Both the position numbers and the translations under genes were made by a program. A stretch of 64,000 nt of DNA from Flectonema sp. DT1601 (lineage: Eukaryota). Shown piece after piece: positions 20,950 through 33,432 of this stretch (position 1 is its first letter; each line of letters begins with the position of its first letter). The stretch spans positions 682,001 through 746,000 of the forward strand of contig OZ025792.1 of assembly GCA_964019425.1 (NCBI GenBank), read 5' to 3'. The notes under the pieces were generated by a model. The model made no database searches and was not told where the DNA came from. It saw only the letters and a list, made by a program, of their open reading frames with translations.

Positions 20950-23670
20950 ATGCGTCAATCGTCATTAGCGGTATTGCTGTCTTTGATTGGCAGCTCACTT
21001 GCAGATGAGTGCCCGAAAACTGACTATTGCTCTCCAGGGACAGCATTTGTTGGTAAGAAACTGTCCTTTAAAGATAGTATTGGAACTATTTCATGTGATA
21101 AAGGAGTAGCCTCACCAGAATATATTGATGTCGGATGTGGTGCTATCGATTCCTTTGAAGCCGTGAACCAATTGATTGCTCGTCCTGCCAGTTTCGAAGG
21201 TGCTACACCATTTTCTGCTGCAGTAGTTTGTGAAGCAGACGGTGTCACAGAGTACAGACTTAAAAGTAAATACGAGGTTGCAGACTGCATTCCACTTCCT
21301 GATGACAAATCGCAATCCGGATCAGGAAATTCTGGTTCTGCAGACTCCAAGTCCAGTACTGGTTCCGGTAGTTCCCTCTCTGGGTCGGGAAGCTCTCTCT
21401 CAGGTTCATCTGACTCCGACTCGGGATCAGGCAGCTCACAATCTGGTTCTGGCAGCTGGTCAGGTTCTGGTTCAGGCAGTTCCCTCTCAGGTTCATCCGA
21501 TTCCGACTCGAGATCAGGCAGCTCGCAATCTGGTTCTGGTAGCTGGTCAGGTTCTGGTTCAGGCAGCTCACAATCTGGTTCTGGTAGCTGGTCAGGTTCT
21601 GGTTCAGGCAGCTCGCAATCTGGTTCTGGCAGCTCCCTCTCAGGTTCATCCGACTCCGACTCGAGATCAGGCAGCTCGCAATCTGGTTCTGGTAGCTGGT
21701 CAGGTTCTGGTTCAGGCAGTTCCCTCTCAGGTTCATCCGATTCCGACTCGAGATCAGGCAGCACGCAATCTGGTTCTGGTAGCTGGTCAGGTTCTGGTTC
21801 AGGCAGCTCGCAATCTGGTTCTGGTAGCTGGTCAGGTTCTGGTTCAGGCAGCTCACAATCTGGTTCTGGTAGCTGGTCAGGTTCTGGTTCAGGCAGCTCG
21901 CAATCTGGTTCTGGTAGCTGGTCAGGTTCTGGTTCAGGCAGCTCGCAATCTGGTTCTGGCAGCTGGTCAGGTTCTGGTTCAGGCAGCTCGCAATCTGGTT
22001 CTGGCAGCTCCCTCTCAGGTTCCTCCGACTCCGACTCGAGATCAGGCAGCTCACAATCTGGTTCTGGTAGCTGGTCAGGTTCTGGTTCAGGCAGCTCGCA
22101 ATCTGGTTCTGGTAGCTGGTCAGGTTCTGGTTCAGGCAGCTCGCAATCTGGTTCTGGCAGCTGGTCAGGTTCTGGTTCAGGCAGCTCGCAATCTGGTTCT
22201 GGCAGCTCCCTCTCAGGTTCCTCCGACTCCGACTCGAGATCAGGCAGCTCGCAATCTGGTTCTGGCAGCTCCCTCTCAGGTTCATCCGACTCCGACTCGA
22301 GATCAGGCAGCTCGCAATCTGGTTCTGGCAGCTGGTCAGGTTCTGGTTCAGGCAGCTCGCAATCTGGTTCTGGCAGCTGGTCAGGTTCTGGTTCAGGCAG
22401 CTCGCAATCTGGTTCTGGCAGCTCCCTCTCAGGTTCCTCCGACTCCGACTCGAGATCAGGCAGCTCGCAATCTGGTTCTGGCAGCTCCCTCTCAGGTTCA
22501 TCCGACTACGACTCGAGATCAGGCAGCTCGCAATCTGGTTCTGGTAGCTGGTCAGGTTCTGGTTCAGGCAGCTCGCAATCTGGTTCTGGCAGCTGGTCAG
22601 GTTCTGGTTCAGGCAGCTCGCAATCTGGTTCTGGCAGCTCCCTCTCAGGTTCATCCGACTACGACTCGAGATCAGGCAGCTCGCAATCTGGTTCTGGTAG
22701 CTGGTCAGGTTCTGGTTCAGGCAGCTCACAATCTGGTTCAGGCAGCTCGCAATCTGGTTCTGGCAGCTCCCTCTCAGGTTCATCCGACTCCGACTCGAGA
22801 TCAGGCAGCTCGCAATCTGGTTCTGGCAGCTGGTCAGGTTCTGGTTCAGGCAGCTCGCAATCTGGTTCTGGCAGCTCCCTCTCAGGTTCCTCCGACTCCG
22901 ACTCGAGATCAGGCAGCTCGCAATCTGGTTCTGGTAGCTGGTCAGGTTCTGGTTCAGGCAGCTCCCTCTCAGGTTCATCCGACTCCGACTCGAGATCAGG
23001 CAGCTCACAATCTGGTTCTGGTAGCTGGTCAGGTTCTGGTTCAGGCAGCTCCCTCTCAGGTTCATCCGATTCCGACTCGAGATCAGGCAGCTCACAATCT
23101 GGTTCAGGCAGCTGGTCAGGTTCTGGGTCGGTAAGTTCTCTATTAGGTTCATCCGACTCCGATTCGAGATCAGGCAACTCACAATATGGTTCTGGTAGCG
23201 GCTCATGGTCGGGCTCTGGTTCTGGTAACTGGTCAGGTTCTGGGTCCGGCAGCTCTGACTCTGACTCCAGCTTCTCTGGTTCTGGAAGTGCTGGCTCTTG
23301 GTCAGGTTCTGGGTCAGGAAGTTCTCTCTCAGGTTCATCCGACTCCTACTCAGGTTCGAACTCCAGAACTGGATCGTCGGACTCTGGCAGTTGGTCTGAT
23401 TCGCACTCAGGGAAATCAAAGGTAACTAGTGAGCCGAGCGGTCGTATTTCTGGTGCTTCTCCATCTTCTGATGACTCATTATCGTCTGGAGCGATGGTTG
23501 CGGTGATTGTCGTCCCGTTTGTGGCATTGGTATTGATTGTAGGCGCAGTACTTGTGAAAAGAAAGTTCTATTCAAAACCAGCCACAAGCAGCAATGAGCT
23601 GCTTGAATTAGGCGATTTGGATAAGGCTGATTACCATGGTGCTAAGGATGATTCGTTACTTTTAAACTAA
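20950..23670 (+). CDS. Ser/Gly-repeat type-I membrane surface protein, copy 4 (906 aa)
   Basis: Same architecture; rich in [15 protein letters not shown] runs and SDYD variants. Confidence 0.9.
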   Translation: MRQSSLAVLLSLIGSSLADECPKTDYCSPGTAFVGKKLSFKDSIGTISCDKGVASPEYIDVGCGAIDSFEAVNQLIARPASFEGATPFSAAVVCEADGVTEYRLKSKYEVADCIPLPDDKSQSGSGNSGSADSKSSTGSGSSLSGSGSSLSGSSDSDSGSGSSQSGSGSWSGSGSGSSLSGSSDSDSRSGSSQSGSGSWSGSGSGSSQSGSGSWSGSGSGSSQSGSGSSLSGSSDSDSRSGSSQSGSGSWSGSGSGSSLSGSSDSDSRSGSTQSGSGSWSGSGSGSSQSGSGSWSGSGSGSSQSGSGSWSGSGSGSSQSGSGSWSGSGSGSSQSGSGSWSGSGSGSSQSGSGSSLSGSSDSDSRSGSSQSGSGSWSGSGSGSSQSGSGSWSGSGSGSSQSGSGSWSGSGSGSSQSGSGSSLSGSSDSDSRSGSSQSGSGSSLSGSSDSDSRSGSSQSGSGSWSGSGSGSSQSGSGSWSGSGSGSSQSGSGSSLSGSSDSDSRSGSSQSGSGSSLSGSSDYDSRSGSSQSGSGSWSGSGSGSSQSGSGSWSGSGSGSSQSGSGSSLSGSSDYDSRSGSSQSGSGSWSGSGSGSSQSGSGSSQSGSGSSLSGSSDSDSRSGSSQSGSGSWSGSGSGSSQSGSGSSLSGSSDSDSRSGSSQSGSGSWSGSGSGSSLSGSSDSDSRSGSSQSGSGSWSGSGSGSSLSGSSDSDSRSGSSQSGSGSWSGSGSVSSLLGSSDSDSRSGNSQYGSGSGSWSGSGSGNWSGSGSGSSDSDSSFSGSGSAGSWSGSGSGSSLSGSSDSYSGSNSRTGSSDSGSWSDSHSGKSKVTSEPSGRISGASPSSDDSLSSGAMVAVIVVPFVALVLIVGAVLVKRKFYSKPATSSNELLELGDLDKADYHGAKDDSLLLN

Positions 23671-24641
23671 GTATTACGGTTTTATCTTTCTTCCTTCTCT
23701 TTAAATGAAAAATTCTTTAATAACAATTCTATAGATTATCTTTGAGGTTCTTTTTCTTATGAATCTATTTGCCAGTACTAATACCACAGTTAGTTATCTC
23801 TTCTTTGAATTAAAGAAGCGATCATTGGAATTGAAGAAAGATGAGCAGACGAACTGAAATGTTCTTCTGCATTTTTAGTTTGTGTTGCTGTCGAAAACTT
23901 CGCTAGCAGCAATGCGAATTATCCCTCCTCCTCTTTTGTATTTAATTCTCTCTTGTGAGGATTATTTTTTAAAATTATCCCTCACACATTAGCTGTGTGA
24001 TACAGTGTGTAGTTTTGCTTATTTTTTAAAAGAAATAAATAGCTTCACATTGACCCAAACTATATCAAGTGAATACGTGCATTCTAATCGCTCCCTCATT
24101 GAAAGGTGTACTTGAGTTGCACAGGCTTACAAACAGATAAAGTAAGCATTCGATGGTTTGATGATTTCCTCTCACCGTATAATAGCAAAGAAGATTATGC
24201 GGAAGATATTTAAATAACTGAACCCTGAACTACTATACGAGTAGTCAAAACACCCAGTCATTTCCTCTGCAAGTATTTAACTTCACAAGACCGGAAGGCT
24301 GGAGGATGAAACTCGACGGAGGGATGATCGACTGCGTGACTACTGGCACGCCAGCATCCTCAGAACAGCCTGCTAATTCACTTCCGATGAGTGCTTCAGA
24401 TTCCAGTTAGTTTTCCTATCCACGATTCATCATCGTGGTATCCTTCTCATGAAGTGGTAGTTACAATCCAACGAGCTGTTAGTAGATAGCAGTCAATGAC
24501 GCCTCGACACTACGAGGAGTAAGATAAGAAAACAATACCAACTGGTAGAGTTACTAAGAGAGGTAAAAGTCGCGTGTCAGAGGAAAATGACTACGATGAC
24601 GATACTGAAGACACAGATAACACCTCTGACACTTCACTACT

Positions 24642-25180
24642 GTGGGCTCTGGTTCTGGTAACTGGTCGGGTTCTGGGTCAGGAAGCTCTGACTCCAGCTT
24701 CACTGGTTCTGGTAGCTCCCTCTCAGGTTCATCCGTCTCCGACTCGATATCAGGCAGCTCGCAATCTGGTTCTGGCAGTGGCTCGTGGTCGGGCTCTGGT
24801 TCTGGTAACTGTTCAGATTCCGGGTCCGAAAATTCTCTCTCAGGTTCATCCGACTCCTACTCAGGTTCGAACTCCAGAACTGGATCGTCGGACTCTGGCA
24901 GTTGGTCTGATTCGCACTCAGGGAAATCAAAGGTAACTAGTGAGCCGAGCGGTCGTATTTCTGGTCTTCTCCATCTTCTGATGACTCATTATCGTCTGGA
25001 GAGATGGTTGCGGTGATTGTCGTCCCGTTTGTGGCATTGGTATTGATTGTAGGCGCAGTACTTGTGAAAAAAAACTTCTTTTCAAAACCAGCCACACGCA
25101 GCAATGAGCTGCTTGAATTAGGAGATTTGGATAAGGCTGATTACCATGGTGCTAAGGATGATTCGTTACTTTTAAACTAA
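24642..25180 (+). pseudogene. Headless 3' fragment of array gene (late stalk + TM + tail), frameshifted
   Basis: Homologous to the 3' end of copy 3. It has no signal peptide or ATG, and a 1-nt deletion near 24965 (tctggtcttctcc vs tctggtgcttctcc). Confidence 0.85.
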
Positions 25181-27098
25181 GTTATACGTTATTATCTTTC
25201 TTCCTTCTCTTTAAATGAAAAATTCTTTAATAACAATTCTATAGATTATCTTTGAGGTTCTTTTTCTTATGAATCTATTTGCCAGTACTAATACCACAGT
25301 TAGTTATCTCTTCTTTGAATTAAAGAAGCGATCATTGGAATTGAAGAAAGATGAGCAGACGAACTGAAATGTTCTTCTACATTAATGTTTGCGTTGCTTT
25401 CGAAAAATTCGTTTGCAGCAAATGTGCAATCACACCCCTCTCCTCCTTTTTTGTATTTATTTTTGTCTTTGGATTTATTTTTAAAATAAACCCCTCACAC
25501 ATTAGTTGTGTTGAAGTATATCGTTTTTGCTTATTTTTTTAAAAGAAAACCATAGATCAGCTTTAAAATATTCCTTTCAGTATTCAATATTAATTTTTAT
25601 ATTAGTTCCTATAATTGATACTGTTATTGTGTTGTGTCAAGATTTCACCCAGACTGATTTTCGGATACCAACTTGTTGCGGACCATAAACTGACTGTCTT
25701 CAGTGATTCCCTTTTGTTTTCATTTCTTGAGTGATGTGGATATGTGCTGCCCAATTTTTTTTGTAGTGCTTTTATAAAGCTTTTCGGTAAGCAGTACAAA
25801 TATAATGCTTTGGACAACTGGGGGTGAAAGATCCCTCAGTACTGTTCTGGCGGTTTCTATTTTTTCATTCGTGGTGTGTGGGCATATAGCACGTATATGG
25901 TCGTATTATAAATAGTAGCTATAATTACAGTATCGAGTTAATACCCTATTTTTTTTAACTTCAAAAAGAGAAAAAAAAAAAAAAAAAAAAAACGAATCAT
26001 CCTTTTCCTCTTTCTTCCTTTATTGGAATACCTGGAACATGAACATGAACAAGAAAAAGAAAAATCTACAAAATGTTTTCCAGTTAAACCTCCTGATCTC
26101 AACCAACGACTCCGATGAGTTCAGCAACGAGAAGTAAACGATAGTTCTTCCTTCTCTCTTTTGCTGTTAACTTATCCTATCTCTTTGTTTTTTATTCATT
26201 CGAAGTGTTTTTCTCTAAATACCGAAAAGAGCGTATACTATCATTTTTATTTATTTATTTTTAAAATTTAATTTTCCGCTGTTGTGACTAGCTAAAGGAG
26301 AGAATAAAGATTTGGGATAACCAAAGAAACGAAGGTCGAGAAGCATTCCGACTTTTCTTTGGTGCTTAATACTTTCAATTATTAAGCATGAGCTTATAGC
26401 CTCCCTATTTTCTTTTTTTGGATCTCACGACATGTTCTGGCTTTTCATTTGCATTCAGTATGGAGTCTTAAACAAGCTGCACTATTCGCTCGATTTATGT
26501 TAATTTTCAGTTTGTTTCTTTCAATATAATATTATCAAAGTGATTCCTTGGTGAGCATAACAAGCCTTTATTTATATTAAATTTCAGCCGTTTTTTTTTT
26601 TAAAAGAGCCCCAAAAAATAGGTTTCTTTGTAAGGCTGCTAAGACCAGTAAACTTCTTTTCGTATGCTCTCTCCCACATTTTCTCTGCCTTTTTTTTCCC
26701 CCTATTTATTTATTGTTATTCACTGACCTAGTCAGAAAGGAAACGGTAAAGATTAGGAACCGTTATATATCTTTTCCCCTCTTTTTCAGAAATTGTCAAT
26801 TTTCATTTTTTGATAATTTGCAATCACATCTCCCACATCGGTAATAACACGAGAAATAAATTTAAAAAAAAAAAAAACCTTTTCATTCACTGATTCGCTC
26901 GCGAGGGCACACAAAGTAACGCCGTCGTTGTTCCCAACATAATTTGTGTTTATCTCATTATCCGATGTGGGTGAGGACAGTAGGACTGTTTTCTAGCTCT
27001 CATGTTCCTCTGTTCTTCATCCTGCTATTGAAGTATTGCACTCCAACGTTTGTTATTTAAGATATTCTTCTCTTCAACAGTAATTAACAATCACAACT

Positions 27099-29999
27099 AT
27101 GCGTCAATCGTCATTAGCGGTATTGCTGTCTTTGATTGGCAGCTCACTTGCAGATGAGTGCCCGAAAACTGACTATTGCTCTCCAGGGACAACATTTGTT
27201 GGTAAGAAACTGTCCTTTAAAGATAGTATTGGAACTATTTCATGTGATAAAGGAGTAGCCTCACCAGAATATATTGATGTCGGATGTGGTGCTATCGATT
27301 CCTTTGAAGCCGTGAACCAATTGATTGCTCGTCCTGCCAGTTTCGAAGGTGCTACACCATTTTCTGCTGCAGTAGTTTGTGAAGCAGACGGCGTCACAGA
27401 GTACAGACTTAAAAGTAAATACGAGGTTGCAGACTGCATTCCACTTCCTGATGACAAATCGCGATCCGGATCAGGAAATTCTGGTTCTGCAGACTCCGAG
27501 TCCAGTACTGGTTCCGGTAGTTCCCTCTCTGGGTCGGGAAGCTCTCTCTCAGGTTCATCTGACTCCGACTCGAGATCAGGCAGCTCGCAATCTGGTTCTG
27601 GTAGCTCCCTCTCAGGTTCATCCGATTCCGACTCGAGATCAGGCAGCTCGCAATCTGGTTCTGGTAGCTGGTCAGGTTCTGGTTCAGGCAGCTCGCAATC
27701 TGGTTCTGGTAGCTCCCTCTCAGGTTCATCCGATTCCGACTCGAGATCAGGCAGCTCACAATCTGGTTCTGGTAGCTGGTCAGGTTCTGGTTCTGGCAGC
27801 TCCCTCTCAGGTTCATCCGACTCCGACTCGGGATCAGGCAGCTCGCAATCTGGTTCTGGTAGCTGGTCAGGTTCTGGTTCAGGCAGTTCCCTCTCAGGTT
27901 CATCCGATTCCGACTCGAGATCAGGCAGCTCACAATCTGGTTCTGGTAGCTGGTCAGGTTCTGGTTCAGGCAGCTCGCAATCTGGTTCTGGCAGCTCCCT
28001 CTCAGGTTCATCCGATTCCGACTCGAGATCAGGCAGCTCACAATCTGGTTCTGGTAGCTGGTCAGGTTCTGGTTCAGGCAGCTCGCAATCTGGTTCTGGC
28101 AGCTCCCTCTCAGGTTCATCCGACTCCGACTCGAGATCAGGCAGCTCACAATCTGGTTCTGGTAGCTGGTCAGGTTCTGGTTCTGGCAGCTCCCTCTCAG
28201 GTTCATCCGACTACGACTCGAGATCAGGCAGCTCACAATCTGTTTCTGGTAGCTGGTCAGGTTCTGGTTCAGGCAGCTCGCAATCTGGTTCTGGTAGCTG
28301 GTCAGGTTCTGGTTCAGGCAGCTCCCTCTCAGGTTCATCCGACTACGACTCGAGATCAGGCAGCTCGCAATCTGGTTCTGGTAGCTGGTCAGGTTCTGGT
28401 TCAGGAAGCTCCCTCTCAGGTTCATCCGATTCCGACTCGAGATCAGGAAGCTCACAATCTGGTTCTGGTGGCTGGTCAGGTTCTGGTTCAGGCAGCTCGC
28501 AATCTGGTTCTGGCAGCTCCCTCTCAGGTTCATCCGACTACGACTCGAGATCAGGCAGCTCGCAATCTGGTTCTGGTAGCTGGTCAGGTTCTGGTTCAGG
28601 CAGCTCACAATCTGGTTCTGGTAGCTGGTCAGGTTCTGGTTCAGGCAGCTCCCAATCTGGTTCTGGTAGCTGGTCAGGTTCTGGTTCAGGAAGCTCACAA
28701 TCTGGTTCTGGTAGCTGGTCAGGTTCTGGTTCAGGCAGCTCCCTCTCAGGTTCATCCGACTACGACTCGAGATCAGGCAGCTCGCAATCTGGTTCTGGTA
28801 GCTGGTCAGGTTCTGGTTCAGGCAGCTCACAATCTGGTTCTGGTAGCTGGTCAGGTTCTGGTTCAGGCAGCTCACAATCTGGTTCTGGTAGCTGGTCAGG
28901 TTCTGGTTCAGGAAGCTCCCTCTCAGGTTCATCCGATTCCGACTCGAGATCAGGAAGCTCACAATCTGGTTCTGGTAGCTGGTCAGGTTCTGGTTCAGGC
29001 AGCTCCCTCTCAGGTTCATCCGATTCCGACTCGAGATCAGGAAGCTCACAATCTGGTTCTGGTAGCTGGTCAGGTTCTGGTAGCTCCCTCTCAGGTTCAT
29101 CCGACTCCGACTCGAGATCAGGAAGCTCACAATCTGGTTCTGGTAGCTGGTCAGGTTCTGGTTCTGGCAGCTCACAATCTGGTTCAGGCAGCTGGTCAGG
29201 TTCAGGGTCGGTAAGTTCTCTATTAGGTTCATCCGACTCCGATTCGAGATCAGGCAACTCACAATATGGTTCTGGTAGCGGCTCATGGTCTGGTTCTGGT
29301 AACTGGTCAGGTTCTGGGTCAGGCAGCTCTGACTCTGACTCCAGCTTCTCTGGTTCTGGAAGTACTGGATCCAGGTCAGGTTCTGGTTCAGGAAGCTCCC
29401 TCTCAGGTTCACCCGACTCCGATTCGAGATCAGGAAGCTCGCAATCTGGATCTGGTAGCTGGTCAGGTTCTGGCAGTTCCCTCTCAGGTTCATCCGACTC
29501 TGACTCGAGATCAGTCAGCTCAAAATCTGATTCTGGCAGTGGCTCATGGTCGGGCTCTGGTAACTGGTCAGGTTCTGGGTCGGGAAGCTCTGACTACAGC
29601 TCCTCTGGTTCTGGAAGTGCTGGCTCTTGGTCAGGTTCTGGGTCAGGAAGTTCTCTCTCAGGTTCATCCGACTCCTACTCAGGTTCGAACTCCAGAACTG
29701 GATCGTCGGACTCTGGCAGTTGGTCTGATTCGCACTCAGGGAAATCAAAGGTAACTAGTGAGCCGAGCGGTCGTATTTCTGGTGCTTCTCCATCTTCTGA
29801 TGACTCATTATCGTCTGGAGCGATGGTTGCAGTGATTGTCGCCCCGTTTGTGGCATTGGTATTGATTGTAGGCGCAGTACTTGTGAAAAGAAAGTTCTAT
29901 TCAAAACCAGCCACCAGCAGCAATGAGCTGCTTGAATTAGGAGATTTGGATAAGGCTGATTACCATGGTGCTAAGGATGATTCGTTGCTTTTAAACTAA
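27099..29999 (+). CDS. Ser/Gly-repeat type-I membrane surface protein, copy 5 (966 aa)
   Basis: Same architecture; SDYD variants. Confidence 0.9.
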   Translation: MRQSSLAVLLSLIGSSLADECPKTDYCSPGTTFVGKKLSFKDSIGTISCDKGVASPEYIDVGCGAIDSFEAVNQLIARPASFEGATPFSAAVVCEADGVTEYRLKSKYEVADCIPLPDDKSRSGSGNSGSADSESSTGSGSSLSGSGSSLSGSSDSDSRSGSSQSGSGSSLSGSSDSDSRSGSSQSGSGSWSGSGSGSSQSGSGSSLSGSSDSDSRSGSSQSGSGSWSGSGSGSSLSGSSDSDSGSGSSQSGSGSWSGSGSGSSLSGSSDSDSRSGSSQSGSGSWSGSGSGSSQSGSGSSLSGSSDSDSRSGSSQSGSGSWSGSGSGSSQSGSGSSLSGSSDSDSRSGSSQSGSGSWSGSGSGSSLSGSSDYDSRSGSSQSVSGSWSGSGSGSSQSGSGSWSGSGSGSSLSGSSDYDSRSGSSQSGSGSWSGSGSGSSLSGSSDSDSRSGSSQSGSGGWSGSGSGSSQSGSGSSLSGSSDYDSRSGSSQSGSGSWSGSGSGSSQSGSGSWSGSGSGSSQSGSGSWSGSGSGSSQSGSGSWSGSGSGSSLSGSSDYDSRSGSSQSGSGSWSGSGSGSSQSGSGSWSGSGSGSSQSGSGSWSGSGSGSSLSGSSDSDSRSGSSQSGSGSWSGSGSGSSLSGSSDSDSRSGSSQSGSGSWSGSGSSLSGSSDSDSRSGSSQSGSGSWSGSGSGSSQSGSGSWSGSGSVSSLLGSSDSDSRSGNSQYGSGSGSWSGSGNWSGSGSGSSDSDSSFSGSGSTGSRSGSGSGSSLSGSPDSDSRSGSSQSGSGSWSGSGSSLSGSSDSDSRSVSSKSDSGSGSWSGSGNWSGSGSGSSDYSSSGSGSAGSWSGSGSGSSLSGSSDSYSGSNSRTGSSDSGSWSDSHSGKSKVTSEPSGRISGASPSSDDSLSSGAMVAVIVAPFVALVLIVGAVLVKRKFYSKPATSSNELLELGDLDKADYHGAKDDSLLLN

Positions 30000-30970
30000 G
30001 TATTACGGTTTTATCTTTCTTCCTTCTCTTTAAATGAAAAATTCTTTAATAACAATTCTATAGATTATCTTTGAGGTTCTTTTTCTTATGAATCTATTTG
30101 CCAGTACTAATACCACAGTTAGTTATCTCTTTTTTGAATTAAAGAAGCGATCATTGGAATTGAAGAAAGATGAGCAGACGAACTGAAATGTTCTTCTGCA
30201 TTTTTTGTTTGCGTTGCTGTCGAAAACTTCGCTAGCAGCAATGCGCATTATCCCTCCTCCTCTTTTGTATTTAATTCTCTCTTGTGAGGATTATTTTTTA
30301 AAATTATCCCTCACACATTAGCTGTGTGATACAGTGTGTAGTTTTGCTTATTTTTTAAAAGAAATAAATAGCTTCACATTGACCCAAACTATATCAAGCG
30401 AATACGTGTATTCTAATCGCTCCCTCATTGAAAGGTGTACTTGAGTTGCACAGGCTTACAAACAGATAAAGTAAGCATTCGATGGTTTGATGATTTCCTC
30501 TCACCGTATAATAGCAAAGAAGATTATGCAGAAGATATTTAACTAACTGAACCCTGAACAACTATACGAGTAGTCAAAACACCCAGTCATTTCCTCTGCA
30601 AGTATTTAACTTCACAAGACCGGAAGGCTGGAGGATGAAACTCGACGGAGGGATGATCGACTGCGTGACTGCTTGCACGCCAGCATCCTCAGAACAGCCT
30701 GCTAATTCACTTCCGATGAGTGCTTCAGATTCCAGTTAGTTTTCCTATCCACGATTCATCATCGTGGTATCCTTCTCATGAAGTGGTAGTTACAATCCAA
30801 CGAGCTGTTAGTAGATAGCAGTCAATGACGCCACGACACTACGAGGAGTAAGATAAGAAAACAATACCAACTGGTAGAGTTACTAAGAGAGGTAAAAGTC
30901 GCGTGTCAGAGGAAAATGACTACGATGACGATACTGAAGACACAGATAACACCTCTGACACTTCACTACT

Positions 30971-31516
30971 GTGGGCTCTGGTTCTGGTAACTGGTCGGGT
31001 TCTGGGTCAGGAAGCTCTGACTCTGACTCCAGCTTCGCTGGTTCTGGTAGCTCCCTCTCAGGTTCATCCGTCTCCGACTCGATATCAGGAAGCTCGCAAT
31101 CTGGTTCTGGCAGTGGCTCGTGGTCGGGCTCTAGTTCTGGTAACTGGTCAGATTCCGGGTCCGTAAGTTCTCTCTCAGGTTCATCCGACTCCTACTCAGG
31201 TTCGAACTCCAGAACTGGATCGTCGGACTCTGGCAGTTGGTCTGATTCGCACTCAGGGAAATCAAAGGTAACTAGTGAGCCGAGCGGTCGTATTTCTGGT
31301 GCTTCTCCATCTTCTGATGACTCATTATCGTCTGGAGCGATGGTTGCGGTGATTGTCGTCCCGTTTGTGGCATTGGTATTGATTGTAGGCGCAGTACTTG
31401 TGAAAAGAAAGTTCTATTCAGAACCAGCCACAAGCAGCAATGAGCTGCTTGAATTAGGAGATTTGGATAAGGCTGATTACCATGGTACTAAGGATGATTC
31501 GTTGCTTTTAAACTAA
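30971..31516 (+). pseudogene. Headless 3' fragment of array gene, reading frame intact
   Basis: 181-codon open frame homologous to the C-terminus of copy 3. It lacks the signal peptide, Cys domain and an ATG start. Confidence 0.8.
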
Positions 31517-33432
31517 GTATTACGGTTTTATCTTTCTTCGTTCTCTTTAAATGAAAAATTCTTTAATAACAATTCTATAGATTATCTTTGAGGTTCTTTT
31601 TCTTATGAATCTATTTGCCAGTACTAATACCACAGTTAGTTATCTCTTCTTTGAATTAAAGAAGCGATCATTGGAATTGAAGAAAGATGAGCAGACGAAC
31701 TGAAATGTTCTTCTACATTAATGTTTGAGTTGCTTTCGAAAAATTCGTTTGCAGCAAATGTGCAATCACACCCCTCTCCTCCTTTTTTGTATTTATTTTT
31801 GTCTTTGGATTTATTTTTAAAATAAACCCCTCACACATTAGTTGTGTTGAAGTATATCGTTTTTGCTTATTTTTTTAAAAGAAAACCATAGATCAGCTTT
31901 AAAATATTCCTTTCAGTATTCAATATTAATTTTTATATTAGTTCCTATAATTGATACTGTTATTGTGTTGTGTCAAAATTTCACCCAGACTGATTTTCGG
32001 ATACCAACTTGTTGCGGACCATAAACTGACTGTCTTCAGTGATCTCCTTTTGTTTTCATTTCTTGAGTGATGTGGATATGTGCTGCCCAATTTTTTTTGT
32101 AGTGCTTTTATAAAGCTTTTCGGTAAGCAGTACAAATATAATGCTTTGGACAACTGGGGGTGAAAGATCCTCAGTACTGTTCTGGCGGTTTCTATTTTTT
32201 CATTCGTGGTGTGTGGGCATATAGCACGTATATGGTCGTATTATAAATAGTAGCTATAATTACAGTATCGAGTTAATACCCTATTTTTTTTAACTTCAAA
32301 AAGAGAAAAAAAAAAAAAAAAAAAAACGAATCATCCTTTTCCTCTTTCTTCCTTTATTGGAATACCTGGAACATGAACATGAACAAGAAAAAGAAAAATC
32401 TACAAAATGTTTTCCAGTTAAACCTCCTGATCTCAACCAACGACTCCGATGAGTTCAGCAACGAGAAGTAAACGATAGTTCTTCCTTCTCTCTTTTGCTG
32501 TTAACTTATCCTATCTCTTTGTTTTTTATTCATTCGAAGTGTTTTTCTCTAAATACCGAAAAGAGCGTATACTATCATTTTTATTTATTTATTTTTAAAA
32601 TTTAATTTTCCGCTGTTGTGACTAGCTAAAGGAGAGAATAAAGATTTGGGATAACCAAAGAAACGAAGGTCGAGAAGCATTCCGACTTTTCTTTGGTGCT
32701 TAATACTTTCGATTATTAAGCATGAGCTTATAGCCTCCCTATTTTCTTTTTTTGGATCTCACGACATGTTCTGGCTTTTCATTTGCATTCAGTATGGAGT
32801 CTTAAAAAAGCTGCACTATTCGCTCGATTTATGTTAATTTTCAGTTTGTTTCTTTCAATTTAATATTATCAAAGTGATTCCTTGGTGAGCATAACAAGCC
32901 TTTATTTATATTAAATTTCAGCTGTTTTTTTTTTAAAAGAGCCCCAAAAAATAGGTTTCTTTGTAAGGCTGCTAAGACCAGTAAACTTCTTTTCGTATGC
33001 TCTCTCCCACATTTTCTCTGCCTTTTTTTTCCCCCTATTTATTTATTGTTATTCACTGACCTAGTCAGAAAGGAAACGGTAAAGATTAGGAACCGTTATA
33101 TATCTTTTCCCCTCTTTTTCAGAAATTGTCAATTTTCATTTTTTGATAATTTGCAATCACATCTCCCACATCGGTAATAACACGAGAAATAAATTAAAAA
33201 AAAAAAAAAAACCTTTTCATTCACTGATTCGCTCGCGAGGGCACACAAAGTAACGCCGTCGTTGTTCCCAACATAATTTGTGTTTATCTCATTATCCGAT
33301 GTGGGTGAGTCCAGTAGGACTGTTTTCTAGCTCTCATGTTCCTCTGTTCTTCATCCTGCTATTGAAGTATTGCACTCCAACGTTTGTTATTTAAGATATT
33401 CTTCTCTTCAACAGTAATTAACAATCACAACT

